Below, one piece after another: positions 1 to 8,911 of a DNA stretch of 32,000 bases. The DNA comes from a bacterium (GTDB taxonomy: Bacteria; CG03). The position numbers were made by a program, and so were the translations under genes. Position 1 is the stretch's first letter. Each line of letters opens with the position of its first letter. Location: positions 82,567 through 114,566 of the forward strand of contig JBDRRS010000004.1 in NCBI GenBank assembly GCA_043825615.1. The letters run 5' to 3'. Below the pieces are notes generated by a model, which did not search any database, was not told the DNA's origin, and was given only the letters and a program-made list of their open reading frames with translations.

Positions 1-1
1 C

Positions 2-1336
2 GTCGGGGGATATGGCCAGCATGCCCTCACCGTTCCGATGAACGGATGCTCAAAGACACTGCCGCTTTTCACCTGTAAAAATATGTCTTACGAGGTGACA
101 TCTTATTACACAAATAACATCGTCTCCGGCGCGTATCAGGGATACGGGGTGCCGCAGACGAATTTCGCAGTGCACATGGCGCTTGCGGAACTCGCGCAGA
201 AACTCGGCATAAACTTTCCGGAGTTCATATCCCGAAACCTCGTCAGTAAGGGCTACCGGCTTGATATTCTCAAACAACTGGGCGAGGGACGGGAAGGCCT
301 CGCTCAAAAATTATCAAGCTGCGGTCTGCCGGAATGCATAGAAAAAGGTCTCATAAAATATAAAAAATGGGAAAACAAAAAAGCAGGGGGAGACATTGTG
401 CAGGGCAAAGGTATGGCGGTGATGATGCAGGGCTCCGGAATCCCCGGGCTTGACGCCGCAAACGCAATGGTCAAGATGATATCCGACGGGACTTTTATGC
501 TCTACATCGGAGGTGCCGACCTCGGAACGGGCGAAGATACCGTAGCCGCAAAAGTCGTTGCCGAGGAACTCGGAGTCAATCAGGATAATGTATCCGTGAC
601 TTCCGCCGACACGGACACAACACCGTTCGACAAGGGCTCTTACGCATCAAGCGGCACTTTCTTTACGGGGAATGCCGCTTACACGGCCGCCCGGAATATG
701 AAAAAACTCATCATAAATACAGCCGCCGATATTCTTAAACTGAAACCCTCTCAGATAAAAATAATGCCGGTCGGACGGGTCGGAACCGAATCAAAAAATT
801 TAACCTACAAAGAACTGGCTCTGAAAACGCAGTCGGGCGACGGCGCAGGCCAGTTGATTGCAAGCGGCGCATTTACGACGGAGGTCTCGCCCATACCCTA
901 TGCCGCGCATTTCTGCCAGGTCTCCGTAAACAAACGCACAGGCATGGTGAAGGTGGACAGGTACTACGCTCTCCACGACTGCGGGGTGCCCATAAATCCC
1001 GACCTCGCAAAAGGCCAGGTTTACGGCGGAGTGCTGAAAACAATAGGCCACACTTTTTACGAGGCGATGGAATTTGACAAAACCGGGAAATGCCTCAACA
1101 GCAATTTCACGAACTATCCCATACAGAACATTAACGACCTTCCTGATGACTTTGAAGTTGAACTGATAGAAGTCGCCGACGACATCACGCCCTATGTCGG
1201 CAAATCAATCGGCGAACTCGCCTGCGACGGCGCATCCGCCTGTATTGCTCTGGCAATAAACGACGCCTGCGGAATCTGGATGAGACACTGGCCATTCCGC
1301 CCCGAAAAAATCCTCACCCAACTCTCCAAAAAATAA
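2..1336 (+). CDS. Xanthine dehydrogenase / aldehyde oxidase family molybdopterin-binding (large) subunit, C-terminal part; truncated by the window edge
   Basis: The frame stays open upstream of the listed ATG (VGGYGQHALTVP-MNGCSK...). Motifs such as SGAYQGYGVPQTNFAVHMALAELA, MVMMQGSGIPG, GSYASSGTFFTGNA and GELACDGASACIALAINDA fit the molybdopterin-binding subunit family. Confidence 0.9.
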   Translation, partial: VGGYGQHALTVPMNGCSKTLPLFTCKNMSYEVTSYYTNNIVSGAYQGYGVPQTNFAVHMALAELAQKLGINFPEFISRNLVSKGYRLDILKQLGEGREGLAQKLSSCGLPECIEKGLIKYKKWENKKAGGDIVQGKGMAVMMQGSGIPGLDAANAMVKMISDGTFMLYIGGADLGTGEDTVAAKVVAEELGVNQDNVSVTSADTDTTPFDKGSYASSGTFFTGNAAYTAARNMKKLIINTAADILKLKPSQIKIMPVGRVGTESKNLTYKELALKTQSGDGAGQLIASGAFTTEVSPIPYAAHFCQVSVNKRTGMVKVDRYYALHDCGVPINPDLAKGQVYGGVLKTIGHTFYEAMEFDKTGKCLNSNFTNYPIQNINDLPDDFEVELIEVADDITPYVGKSIGELACDGASACIALAINDACGIWMRHWPFRPEKILTQLSKK

Positions 1337-1470
1337 ACCCCACCTTCTTCTCCCTCCAAGAATTATACATTTTTTAAAGGAAATTTTTCTTTGCCGATTT
1401 TATTGGAATGGTTGAAATATACTTTGTTTATTCCAATTACATTAATTTTATTTTGCTTAATTTTATAATA

Positions 1471-2157
1471 CTAATTCAATTCCTTTTGAGCACATAGCCG
1501 TATAATTCGTGTATATCTTAATCCAAAATCTGATTTATCATTAGTATCCTCATAATATAAAACTCGAAAATTTTTAAATAATTCAATTAGTTCATTTGAT
1601 TTAAAAACTACACCCTTTCCAATTTGCATATCAGTAGTCGCATCAAGATGAAAAGCTTCCAAAACTATTATTCCACGATCTTTGAGAGATTCATATAGTT
1701 TAGGTATTAATCCCCGAACTGGCACATAACTTAATACTATTAAATCCCATTGTTCATTTCCAAAATCAAATTCTTCGGACGTTTGAATACTAGTTTTTAT
1801 ATTTAATCCTTTTTGTTTTGCATGTTTCTCTGCTAATGCTACTGCCTTATACGCAGGGTCAAATCCTGTAACTTCCCAACCTTGTTCAGATAAATAGATT
1901 GTATTTCTACCTTGACCCATACCCACATCTAAAGCCTTGCCTGGTTTCCTACTTTTTATCATTTCTATTAGAAATTTATTGGGTTGAGTATTAAACGTGG
2001 GATTTTCTGATGTAAGAATTTTATTCCATCTTTCTGCAATGTAAGATTTTCTTTTTCTAGATGCTTGATCCTTTTTCTGAGAAGAATCAAGATTATTAGC
2101 ATGAATAAATGGATGTACAAACAGAGCGAGAATCATAATAAATATTCTTAATTTCAT
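1471..2157 (-). CDS. Class I SAM-dependent methyltransferase with an N-terminal signal-peptide-like segment
   Basis: Motif I ALDVGMGQGRNTIYLSEQGWEVTGFDPA plus WDLIVLSYVP. The N-terminus from the internal Met (MKLRIFIMILALFVHPFIHA) looks like a signal peptide. The first 15 residues of the listed ORF (2202 start) read through repeat sequence and are probably not translated. Confidence 0.8.
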   Translation of the reverse strand: MKLRIFIMILALFVHPFIHANNLDSSQKKDQASRKRKSYIAERWNKILTSENPTFNTQPNKFLIEMIKSRKPGKALDVGMGQGRNTIYLSEQGWEVTGFDPAYKAVALAEKHAKQKGLNIKTSIQTSEEFDFGNEQWDLIVLSYVPVRGLIPKLYESLKDRGIIVLEAFHLDATTDMQIGKGVVFKSNELIELFKNFRVLYYEDTNDKSDFGLRYTRIIRLCAQKELN

Positions 2158-2228
2158 AATAATCGGAAAATCGGGAAAATCGGGACATCCTTGATTTTCC
2201 ATGATTTTATTATACCATTCACTTAGCC

Positions 2229-2355
2229 TAATTCAAAGCGGAAAAAGCGGGATGTTCTTGGTTTTGCGGCGGACGGTCACTTCTTTTTTTGTTTCCTTTT
2301 TGTTTCTTGAAATTATTTCACGTGAAATAATTTGCCTTTTTTCCGACGACGCCGT
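2229..2355. repeat. Long direct repeat, copy A (about 125 bp), containing a perfect 24-nt palindrome
   Basis: GCGGAAAAAGCGGGATGTTCTTGGTTTT...TTTTTTTGTTTCCTTTTTGTTTCTTGAAATTATTTCACGTGAAATAATTTGCCTTTTTTCCGACGACG aligns with copy B at about 2941-3070. Confidence 0.8.
2310..2333. repeat. Perfect palindrome AAATTATTTCACGTGAAATAATTT (parS-like core)
   Basis: 24-nt perfect inverted repeat centred on CACGTG. The central 16 nt TATTTCACGTGAAATA match TGTTTCACGTGAAACA at 14 of 16 positions. Confidence 0.85.
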
Positions 2356-2428
2356 TTTAAGGTGTGCCACAAATCGGGTGGATACGGATAACGGGGCACT
2401 GGGAAAAAATCAGCGGCTTGTTAAAAAT

Positions 2429-2689
2429 TTATATTTTACTTTTTAAGGGATATTTCTCAGGATTTTCAAGATTATCTATATCAAGGTCAACATCAAGGTC
2501 TGACCAGTGTAAATGAAATCCATGCAGAAGTTTTACATTTTGAATATTCTTTACGGGTTGATTTTTAAAATAGGGGTAATCCTTATAGTTAAAGAAATAT
2601 TCTTTACCCTTAACAAGTATCCATAGACCATACGGGGTAATGTTTTCAACGCTTACCGAAATGTTTCTTCCATTTTTTAATAATTTCAT
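2429..2689 (-). CDS. DUF2442-like small protein
   Basis: ISVSVENITPYGLWILVKGKEYFFNYKDYPYFKN...LHWSDLDVDLDIDNLENPEKYP resembles DUF2442. The start at MKLLKNG is preceded by GGAGAAACG. The listed ORF extends to 2722. Confidence 0.65.
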   Translation of the reverse strand: MKLLKNGRNISVSVENITPYGLWILVKGKEYFFNYKDYPYFKNQPVKNIQNVKLLHGFHLHWSDLDVDLDIDNLENPEKYPLKSKI

Positions 2690-2887
2690 TTTTTCGTTTC
2701 TCCACAATTTTTTGTATTTCATTCAATTGGTTAGGTTTAAGTTTGATGTATGTAGCAAGCGAAATAATAGGTTCTATCCAAAATTTTGCCTCTCCATCCT
2801 CACATCCCACATGTACATGCATGCGCACTTCTTCATTTGATAGAAAATAAATCTATAACCCTTAACTCGAAATACTGTTGGACTCAT
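2646..2887 (-). pseudogene. DUF4160-like gene interrupted by a single-nucleotide frameshift near 2840/2841
   Basis: The minus strand from 2887 reads ATG AGT CCA ACA GTA TTT CGA GTT AAG GGT TAT AGA TTT ATT TTC TAT (MSPTVFRVKGYRFIFY). The frame then shifts and continues as SNEEVRMHVHVGCEDGEAKFWIEP. The two halves together give the expected DUF4160 fold signature (YRFFFYSNE...HVHV...GEAKFWLEP). Confidence 0.75.
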
Positions 2888-2905
2888 AACTATTTCCTTA
2901 AAGTA

Positions 2906-2911
2906 ATTATA
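2906..2911 (-). promoter_or_regulatory. Extended -10 promoter element (TGCTATAAT) upstream of the DUF4160 gene
   Basis: The minus strand reads ...AACATGCTATAATTACTTTAAGGAAATAGTTATG, with extended -10, purine-rich SD and ATG in order. Confidence 0.5.
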
Positions 2912-2939
2912 GCATGTTCGATTTTATTTCAAAACATGC
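2912..2939. promoter_or_regulatory. Inverted repeat GCATGTT-N14-AACATGC next to the DUF4160 -10 box; operator-like
   Basis: 7-bp perfect arms at 2912-2918 and 2933-2939, covering the -35 region of the putative promoter. Confidence 0.4.
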
Positions 2940-2940
2940 A

Positions 2941-3070
2941 AGCTGGGAAAACAGGAACGTCCTTGGTTTTCCTGCCTGTTCTTTTTTTGTTTCCTTTTGG
3001 TTTACTGAAATTATTTCACGTGAAATAATTGACCTTTTTCCCGACGACGACGTTTCAGGGTGGTCCACTT
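2941..3070. repeat. Long direct repeat, copy B
   Basis: GCTGGGAAAACAGGAACGTCCTTGGTTTTCC...CTTTTTTTGTTTCCTTTTGGTTTACTGAAATTATTTCACGTGAAATAATTGACCTTTTTCCCGACGACG parallels copy A at 2229-2355. Confidence 0.8.
3009..3030. repeat. Perfect 22-nt palindrome AATTATTTCACGTGAAATAATT (parS-like core)
   Basis: Same core as the palindrome at 2310-2333, inside copy B of the long repeat. Confidence 0.85.
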
Positions 3071-3127
3071 TTTGCAAGATTCCTGAAAATTTGATTTGAT
3101 GAAAAGAAAAATACGGAGGAGGTTAGA

Positions 3128-3547
3128 ATGAAACACTTAACGGAGCATCTCTGGTTTAGCACTTCTCACAGGCGGGATTACATAAATATCACGCCCGAAG
3201 TCGAGAAACTGGTTAAAAAAAGCGGGGTGAAGGAAGGGCTTTGTCTTGTGAACGCCATGCACATTACCGCCAGCGTGTTTATCAATGACGCCGAAAGCGG
3301 GCTGTTGAAGGATTTTGACGACTGGCTGGAAAATTTTGCTCCGCACGAACCTTTATCAAAATACAGGCATAACAGAACCGGTGAAGACAACGGTGACGCC
3401 CATCTTAAGAGGACAATAATGGGAAGAGAGGCTGTTATCGCTATTACCGGCGGCAAACTTGATTTCGGCCCGTGGGAACAGATTTTTTACGGCGAATTCG
3501 ACGGCAGGAGAAGAAAAAGAGTTTTGGTAAAGGTAATCGGCGAATAG
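3128..3547 (+). CDS. yjbQ: YjbQ / UPF0047 family protein (secondary thiamine-phosphate synthase type)
   Basis: [39 protein letters not shown]...[61 protein letters not shown] is typical of the family. Confidence 0.92.
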   Translation: MKHLTEHLWFSTSHRRDYINITPEVEKLVKKSGVKEGLCLVNAMHITASVFINDAESGLLKDFDDWLENFAPHEPLSKYRHNRTGEDNGDAHLKRTIMGREAVIAITGGKLDFGPWEQIFYGEFDGRRRKRVLVKVIGE

Positions 3548-3566
3548 AGCCCCGAGCTTTTCAGCC

Positions 3567-3590
3567 GGCGGGTTTTACCGCCATTTTTTG
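3567..3590 (+). terminator. Probable Rho-independent terminator after yjbQ, overlapping the 3' end of the convergent acyltransferase gene
   Basis: GGCGG-GTTTTA-CCGCC stem-loop followed by ATTTTTTG. Confidence 0.55.
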
Positions 3591-4468
3591 TGAAACCACC
3601 ACCACTGCCCGGGGTATTTTCTTACGAACATTTCAACCTGCTCGTTGAACTTCTGCGTATTTTCACCCTCGTCGCCGCTCATGTTCAGCGGATTCCCTAT
3701 GATTATTTTGTGTTTTGTCCCCTTCCTAACAATAAAAGCAGGCAATACCGCCGCGCCGGATTTCCTTGCGAGCGTGTCCGCTCCCGGCGGCGCCAGAATT
3801 TCCCGCCCGAAGAAACGCGTTTTTATGCCTCTTGAGAATTTCTGGTCAACAAAGATAAAAAGGGAATGCCCCCTGCGCAGTTCCCTGAGAGACCTCTTGA
3901 GAGACAGAAATCTCGGCTTGTAGTATATGAGTATGCTGTAAAGTTTTCCGGTGCCTGTAATCTTCCTCCGGTACACGTTGAACATGCGCTCGAGGTGGCT
4001 ATTCGCCACCTCTTTGAGTATAAGATACACCTTCTGCCCGTCCGCAACGAACTTGCACACCATCAAAGCAAACTGCCCGAGGTGGGCGGATATAAACAGG
4101 ACGGGTCCTTTTCTGAGCGCACCGGTGTAGTTTTCAAAACCCTCGTACGAAAACCTGCGATTCATCTCCGCTGCGCCGCGCACATAGTAATAATTTAACT
4201 CGAAAACGCCTTTAACAAGGTTCTGAAACGATTCTATGGCGATTTTTCTTTTTTCTTCTTTCGTTTTTGTGTTGCCGAATGCAAGGTCAAGGTTACTGAG
4301 AGCGGTGCGTCTTCTCGGTACGGCGGCGTAAAAACCCAGCCACCCGAGCAGGTCGGCGAGTTTGTTTACGAAATGTATTGAGAACGGTGCCAGCAGGCAG
4401 AACAATGCTTTTATTTTTATAAAAAGGACAAAATCAAATATACCCCTCGCAATTTTTTTAAACATCAT
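3575..4468 (-). CDS. LpxL/HtrB-like lysophospholipid acyltransferase family protein
   Basis: LFISAHLGQFALM (HxxxxE/Q-type region), RRGHSLFIFVDQKFSRGIKTRFFGREILAPPGADTLARKSGAAVLPAFIVRKG and QVEMFVRKYPGQWWWFHKKWR. Confidence 0.85.
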   Translation of the reverse strand: MMFKKIARGIFDFVLFIKIKALFCLLAPFSIHFVNKLADLLGWLGFYAAVPRRRTALSNLDLAFGNTKTKEEKRKIAIESFQNLVKGVFELNYYYVRGAAEMNRRFSYEGFENYTGALRKGPVLFISAHLGQFALMVCKFVADGQKVYLILKEVANSHLERMFNVYRRKITGTGKLYSILIYYKPRFLSLKRSLRELRRGHSLFIFVDQKFSRGIKTRFFGREILAPPGADTLARKSGAAVLPAFIVRKGTKHKIIIGNPLNMSGDEGENTQKFNEQVEMFVRKYPGQWWWFHKKWR

Positions 4469-4475
4469 CTAACAT

Positions 4476-5375
4476 TTATCCTATTATATAATTGTACACA
4501 AAACCCGAAATAAGCGAAACGGCGCTTATTACTGCCAGATATAAAAAAAGTATCTTTGCGCCGAATTCTTTTTTCAGAACAAGTATCGTGCTGTAACTTG
4601 TAATCGGACCGACCAGAAGAAGCACAATACCCGCGCCCTGATTCATACCGCTGTTTACAAAAGCGGCGGCCAGCGGTACGCTCGCGGTGGAACAAATATA
4701 CATTATCATCCCGAAAAACAGCGCAAAAATATATCCGAGACTCGAATGCAGATAAGTACTTATTATATTTCCTACCGGTGTTATCGACGCTACCGCCGCC
4801 GCAAGCACTAATCCCGCCGCAATCTCAATACCCATTTCACGCGGCTGTTCCACAAACGAAAACAGGAATATGGACCGGATTTTTTGAGAGACGGTCCTTA
4901 CCGGATGATTATGTCCGCCTTTGCCGGAGGCGCAAGAAGGACAAGTTTCCGTTTCGGTTTTTCCGTCCCCCGCGCTGAAATTATTTCCTATAATTCCTAT
5001 TATGAGCCCCATTATTATTACAGAGCCGGAAAGATACAGCGTAAAGCCCAGCCCCATCAGCCGCCATGCGACCAAAACGGCGGAAACGGAAGTGGCGGGA
5101 GTCGCCACCAGAAAAGCCAGAACCGGCCCCATAGAAACGCCTTTTTTCCTGAGCCCCACAGCTATGGGCAGTGAACCTATGCAGCAGACGGGAAGAATAA
5201 TGCCGGCGAGCGTCACATAAAATATCGGCAGGAGCCCCTTCCTGTTAAGGTACCTGTTCACAAATCCGGAAGGGACAAATTCGTTAATAAGTCCGCTGAT
5301 AAAAAAACCGGCTAGCAGCGCCGGAGCAACCTCAACGGCGTAATGCAGAAGTTTTGCCGTAAAATGCTGGAACAT
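4476..5375 (-). CDS. SO_0444 / DUF318-type permease (possible metal/metalloid efflux)
   Basis: Multi-spanning protein with LLAGFFISGLINEFVPS, LPVCCIGSLPIAVGLRKKGVSMGPVLAFLVATPATSVSAVLVAWRLMG and MYICSTASVPLAAAFVNSGMNQGAGIVLLLVGPITS. Confidence 0.8.
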   Translation of the reverse strand: MFQHFTAKLLHYAVEVAPALLAGFFISGLINEFVPSGFVNRYLNRKGLLPIFYVTLAGIILPVCCIGSLPIAVGLRKKGVSMGPVLAFLVATPATSVSAVLVAWRLMGLGFTLYLSGSVIIMGLIIGIIGNNFSAGDGKTETETCPSCASGKGGHNHPVRTVSQKIRSIFLFSFVEQPREMGIEIAAGLVLAAAVASITPVGNIISTYLHSSLGYIFALFFGMIMYICSTASVPLAAAFVNSGMNQGAGIVLLLVGPITSYSTILVLKKEFGAKILFLYLAVISAVSLISGFVYNYIIG

Positions 5376-6281
5376 CTATCTTACCTCGAGCATACGCGCG
5401 AGAGCTTTCCCCGCTCTTGCGGCTATTGACTTATCCACCTTCACTTCATACCTGAGTTTTTCGAGAGAATCAAGAAGTTTGACAAGATTTATCTTCTTCA
5501 TATCTCTGCACACCGCCTCTTCCGTCACGGGATAAAATTTCACGCCGGGGCAGGCCGTTGACAGACTGTAGAGCATCCCCGTCTCCGTCCCCGCCAGAAC
5601 TTCCTTTTTCCCCCTGGACAGGTCTATCATCCCGGAAGTAGAGGCGACTGCGTCAGCATGCGCGATGGTCTCAGGAGGACACTCCGGATGCACGATGGCA
5701 AAAGCCCGCGGATGTTTTTCGCGCGAGGTATCCAAAGCCCATGCCGTTATTTTCTGGTGAACGGGACAGTACCCGTCATACAGTATAATTTTTTTGGAAG
5801 TAAAAGACGCCGTATAACCGCCCAGACACCGGTCGGGCACAAAAATTATCTCTTCCTCCTCAAGCGAATTCACCACCTCAACCGCATTGGCGGAAGTACA
5901 GCAAATATCGGATTCCGCTTTCACCGCTGCCGTCGTGTTCACATAACAGACGACCGCAGCGCCGGGGTGAGCTTTTTTCAAAGCCCTGAGGCCGGCGGCA
6001 TCTATCATATCCGCCATCGGACATCCGGCTGACCCGTCGGGAATTAAAACGTTTTTTTCGGGCGAAAGAATTGCCGCCGTCTCCGCCATAAAATAAACAC
6101 CGCAAAAAACAATGACGTCCGCTTCCGTCTCGGCGGCGCGGCGCGACAAATCCAGAGAATCTCCCAGAAAATCCGCAGCGTCCTGAACTTCCGGAATCTG
6201 ATAGTTATGGACAAGTATCACCGCGTTCCTCTTCTTTTTGAGTTCTTTGATTTTTACGAGAATTCCCAATGTATTTTTCAT
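5376..6281 (-). CDS. nadA: Quinolinate synthase
   Basis: LVHNYQIPEVQDAADFLGDSLDLSRRAAET, CVYFMAETAAILSPEKNVLIPDGSAGCPMADMI, YVNTTAAVKAESDICCTSANA and AHPECPPETIAHADAVASTSGMI. Confidence 0.96.
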   Translation of the reverse strand: MKNTLGILVKIKELKKKRNAVILVHNYQIPEVQDAADFLGDSLDLSRRAAETEADVIVFCGVYFMAETAAILSPEKNVLIPDGSAGCPMADMIDAAGLRALKKAHPGAAVVCYVNTTAAVKAESDICCTSANAVEVVNSLEEEEIIFVPDRCLGGYTASFTSKKIILYDGYCPVHQKITAWALDTSREKHPRAFAIVHPECPPETIAHADAVASTSGMIDLSRGKKEVLAGTETGMLYSLSTACPGVKFYPVTEEAVCRDMKKINLVKLLDSLEKLRYEVKVDKSIAARAGKALARMLEVR

Positions 6282-6311
6282 TTTATTTCAATTGCCGACG
6301 GCAGGGAACGG

Positions 6312-7484
6312 TTAATCTTTTTTATCTCCGGGATATATAGGAGACATCTTCCTCAAGACATTTACAATTTTCTGAAGTTCCTTCACGACAAAATCAATGT
6401 CTTTCTCCGTATTGCACCTGCCTAAACTGAACCTGACTGAGCCCTGGGCGATTTCGGGCGGAATCCCCATCGCGGACAAAACATGGGACGGCTCAAGCGA
6501 ACCGGAAGCGCAGGCGGAACCCGAAGACGCCGCCACGCCTTTTAAATCAAGTTTAAGCACAATGGATTCCCCCTCGATGTATTTAAAAGAAAGGTCGGCG
6601 GTGTTCGGCAGACGGCGGTCGGGGTGACCGTTTAACTTCACGTCCTTTATTGAATTCATTATACCCGAAACGAATTTGTCTCTCAGTTTTTTCAACCTTT
6701 CGTTTTCCTCGCTCATTTCTTTTCCGGCGATTTCAACCGCTTTCGCAAAACCGACGATACCGGCCACATTCTCGGTGCCCGCGCGAGAATTTTTCTCGTG
6801 ATGGCCCCCGTGAATAATGGACTCAAGTTTGGTCCCTTTCCTTATATAAATTACGCCTATGCCCTTGGGCCCGTACAACTTATGCCCCGAAAGAGAAAGC
6901 AGGTCAATTTTCAAGTCGTCCACATTTATCGGTATTTTACCGGCCGCCTGAACGGCGTCGGTGTGAAAAAGAACATTATTCCGTTTTGCAATTTCGCCAA
7001 TTTCCTTAACAGGTTGAATTGTCCCCACCTCGTTATTAGCGTGCATAACCGTTACAAGCACCGTTTCATCGCCGATGTATTTTTTCAGTTCGTCCATACT
7101 CACCACGCCGTATTCGTCGACGGGAAGATACGTAACCCTGTAACCCCTTTTTTCCAGAAATTTACAGGTGCCCAGAACAGCCGGGTGTTCAATTGCAGAC
7201 GTTATAATGTGTTTCCCTTTAACCCCGTTTGCGAAAGCGGCGCCTTTTACCGCAAAATTGTCCGACTCCGTGCCGCCGGAGGTGAAAACAATCTCCCCGG
7301 GGGATGCTCCGAGAAAGCCCGCTATCTTCTCCCGCGCTTCCTCCACCGCCTTCCGCGCGGAGCGGCCGAAGGAATGCAGACTTGACGCGTTGCCGAAATC
7401 CCTTCTGAAATAAGGTGTCATTGCCTTAACGACGCGCGGGTCAACGGGCGTCGTGGCGTTGTGGTCGAGATATATTTTACTCAT
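6312..7484 (-). CDS. nifS: Cysteine desulfurase (NifS/IscS type)
   Basis: [77 protein letters not shown] and [25 protein letters not shown]. Start chosen at MSKIYLDHN; the listed ORF extends to 7511. Confidence 0.95.
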   Translation of the reverse strand: MSKIYLDHNATTPVDPRVVKAMTPYFRRDFGNASSLHSFGRSARKAVEEAREKIAGFLGASPGEIVFTSGGTESDNFAVKGAAFANGVKGKHIITSAIEHPAVLGTCKFLEKRGYRVTYLPVDEYGVVSMDELKKYIGDETVLVTVMHANNEVGTIQPVKEIGEIAKRNNVLFHTDAVQAAGKIPINVDDLKIDLLSLSGHKLYGPKGIGVIYIRKGTKLESIIHGGHHEKNSRAGTENVAGIVGFAKAVEIAGKEMSEENERLKKLRDKFVSGIMNSIKDVKLNGHPDRRLPNTADLSFKYIEGESIVLKLDLKGVAASSGSACASGSLEPSHVLSAMGIPPEIAQGSVRFSLGRCNTEKDIDFVVKELQKIVNVLRKMSPIYPGDKKD

Positions 7485-8205
7485 TTTTTTCTTTCCTGAC
7501 GAGAAACTCATGCTCTATTTCATCTCTCTTTTTTTCAAGGAGCTCGTCTATCTTGCTTACAACCCCCTCCATGGACTCAATTTTTTTAAGACGCTCTTCA
7601 AGTTTATTCTGCTCGGCAAGAACAAATTTTATGGCATCGGCGACAGGGTCGGGAAGTTTGCCGTGTTCGAGCACTTTGAGATGCTCCTGGCTCCAACCCA
7701 TGCCCACTCTTGCCGGAACGCCGACGGCCGTCGCATTCGCGGGAATATCCGTTATCACGACAGAACCCGCGCCTATTCTCGCGTGTTCCCCTATTTTTAC
7801 CGCGCCGAGAACAATCGCACCCGCGCCCACGACAACATTATCCCCGAGCGTGGGATGCCTCTTTTTCTTTGCCTGGCTTGTACCGCCGAGAACAACACCC
7901 TGATAGAGTAAAACATCGTTTCCTATCTCGGCCGTTTCCCCTATTACAACGCCCATCCCGTGGTCAATAAAAAATCTTCTGCCGATTTGCGCCCCGGGGT
8001 GGATCTCTATTCCCGTCAGGTGCCGGCTAACGTGCGAAATAATTCTTGCAAACGCGTATTCCCGCCTCCCGTAAAACCAGTGAGCAATGCGGTGCCACCA
8101 GAGAGCATGAAGGCCCGGATAGCAGAAAAGAACCTCAAGCATATTTTTTGCGGCGGGATCCTTCTTAAAAACCGTTTTCACATCTTCCTTTATTCTTTTA
8201 AACAT
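7477..8205 (-). CDS. cysE: Serine O-acetyltransferase
   Basis: [68 protein letters not shown] hexapeptide repeats. Confidence 0.95.
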   Translation of the reverse strand: MFKRIKEDVKTVFKKDPAAKNMLEVLFCYPGLHALWWHRIAHWFYGRREYAFARIISHVSRHLTGIEIHPGAQIGRRFFIDHGMGVVIGETAEIGNDVLLYQGVVLGGTSQAKKKRHPTLGDNVVVGAGAIVLGAVKIGEHARIGAGSVVITDIPANATAVGVPARVGMGWSQEHLKVLEHGKLPDPVADAIKFVLAEQNKLEERLKKIESMEGVVSKIDELLEKKRDEIEHEFLVRKEKNE

Positions 8206-8211
8206 TGCGAA

Positions 8212-8895
8212 TCAATCTCCTTTTTCTCTGCCCGGCCGCCGTTTCCTTCTTAAAGTTTTTCCGATATATCTTCCGGCAGCCGGTAATTTTTCAAGCATAT
8301 ATTTTTTAATATTCTTATTATGCACCCTGTTCAGCCCGAAAAGACATTCCGCCTGCAGGGGAGCGGCGGAAATTCCGGCTTTCACTGCAATTTCTTTTAT
8401 TTTCCGGGCGCTCAACCGGTAAACCGGATGGCTGTACGTTATGCCGAATTTCCCGGCGAACGCATCCGCCGCATCCATATACGCAGGGGTCTGTTCCGGA
8501 TAATATGTCTGACCTTTTTCAAAGCCGTCGGCAATCCGATTTATATTATTTTTCCTGCAGTAAATGATCGCCTCCGAAAGCATTGCGAGTTTGCACCCGC
8601 AGCACAGCAGGTTGCCGTATTTTTTTACATCGCTCTCGAGTTCCTTAACGGCAATCGCATGGAATAAAACGCGGCTGCTCATCAATTTCCACGAACACAT
8701 TTTTCCGAACCGTTTCTTTATCAAATCCGCTTTGCGGCGGGAATTGTCCAATCCCAGTTCGGCGCCGTTGTCAAAAGTTACCAGATGCGTTCTGTATCCT
8801 TCCCGCAGATAGCCCACCGCCGCGGCGGAGGAGTCCCTGCCGCCCGAAAACAAAACCAGCACTTCCGGAATTCCGGAATGTTTCTGCTTTTTCAC
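8212..8895 (-). CDS. PP-loop (ATP pyrophosphatase) superfamily protein with a CCxC motif, specificity unknown
   Basis: LVLFSGGRDSSAAAVGYLREGYRTHLVTFDNGAE P-loop of the N-type ATP-PPase family; GNLLCCGCKLAM and QAECLFG cysteines; SARKIKEIAVKAGI. Confidence 0.8.
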   Translation of the reverse strand: MKKQKHSGIPEVLVLFSGGRDSSAAAVGYLREGYRTHLVTFDNGAELGLDNSRRKADLIKKRFGKMCSWKLMSSRVLFHAIAVKELESDVKKYGNLLCCGCKLAMLSEAIIYCRKNNINRIADGFEKGQTYYPEQTPAYMDAADAFAGKFGITYSHPVYRLSARKIKEIAVKAGISAAPLQAECLFGLNRVHNKNIKKYMLEKLPAAGRYIGKTLRRKRRPGREKGD

Positions 8896-8911
8896 TTTTT
8901 ACGTTTTTTTC

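Noticed and set aside
1402-1437. Inverted repeat ATTGGAAT...ATTCCAAT after the xanthine dehydrogenase gene
   Set aside because: AT-rich 8-bp arms with a 20-nt loop are weak. No tail or motif makes it a convincing terminator or regulatory site.
2310-3030. Calling the CACGTG palindromes a true chromosomal parS centromere
   Set aside because: No parA/parB, gidA or origin genes in the window, and two symmetric mismatches to the classical site. Kept only as a testable resemblance.
6798-7385. 195-aa plus-strand ORF opposite nifS
   Set aside because: Shadow ORF of a strongly conserved gene; no independent support.
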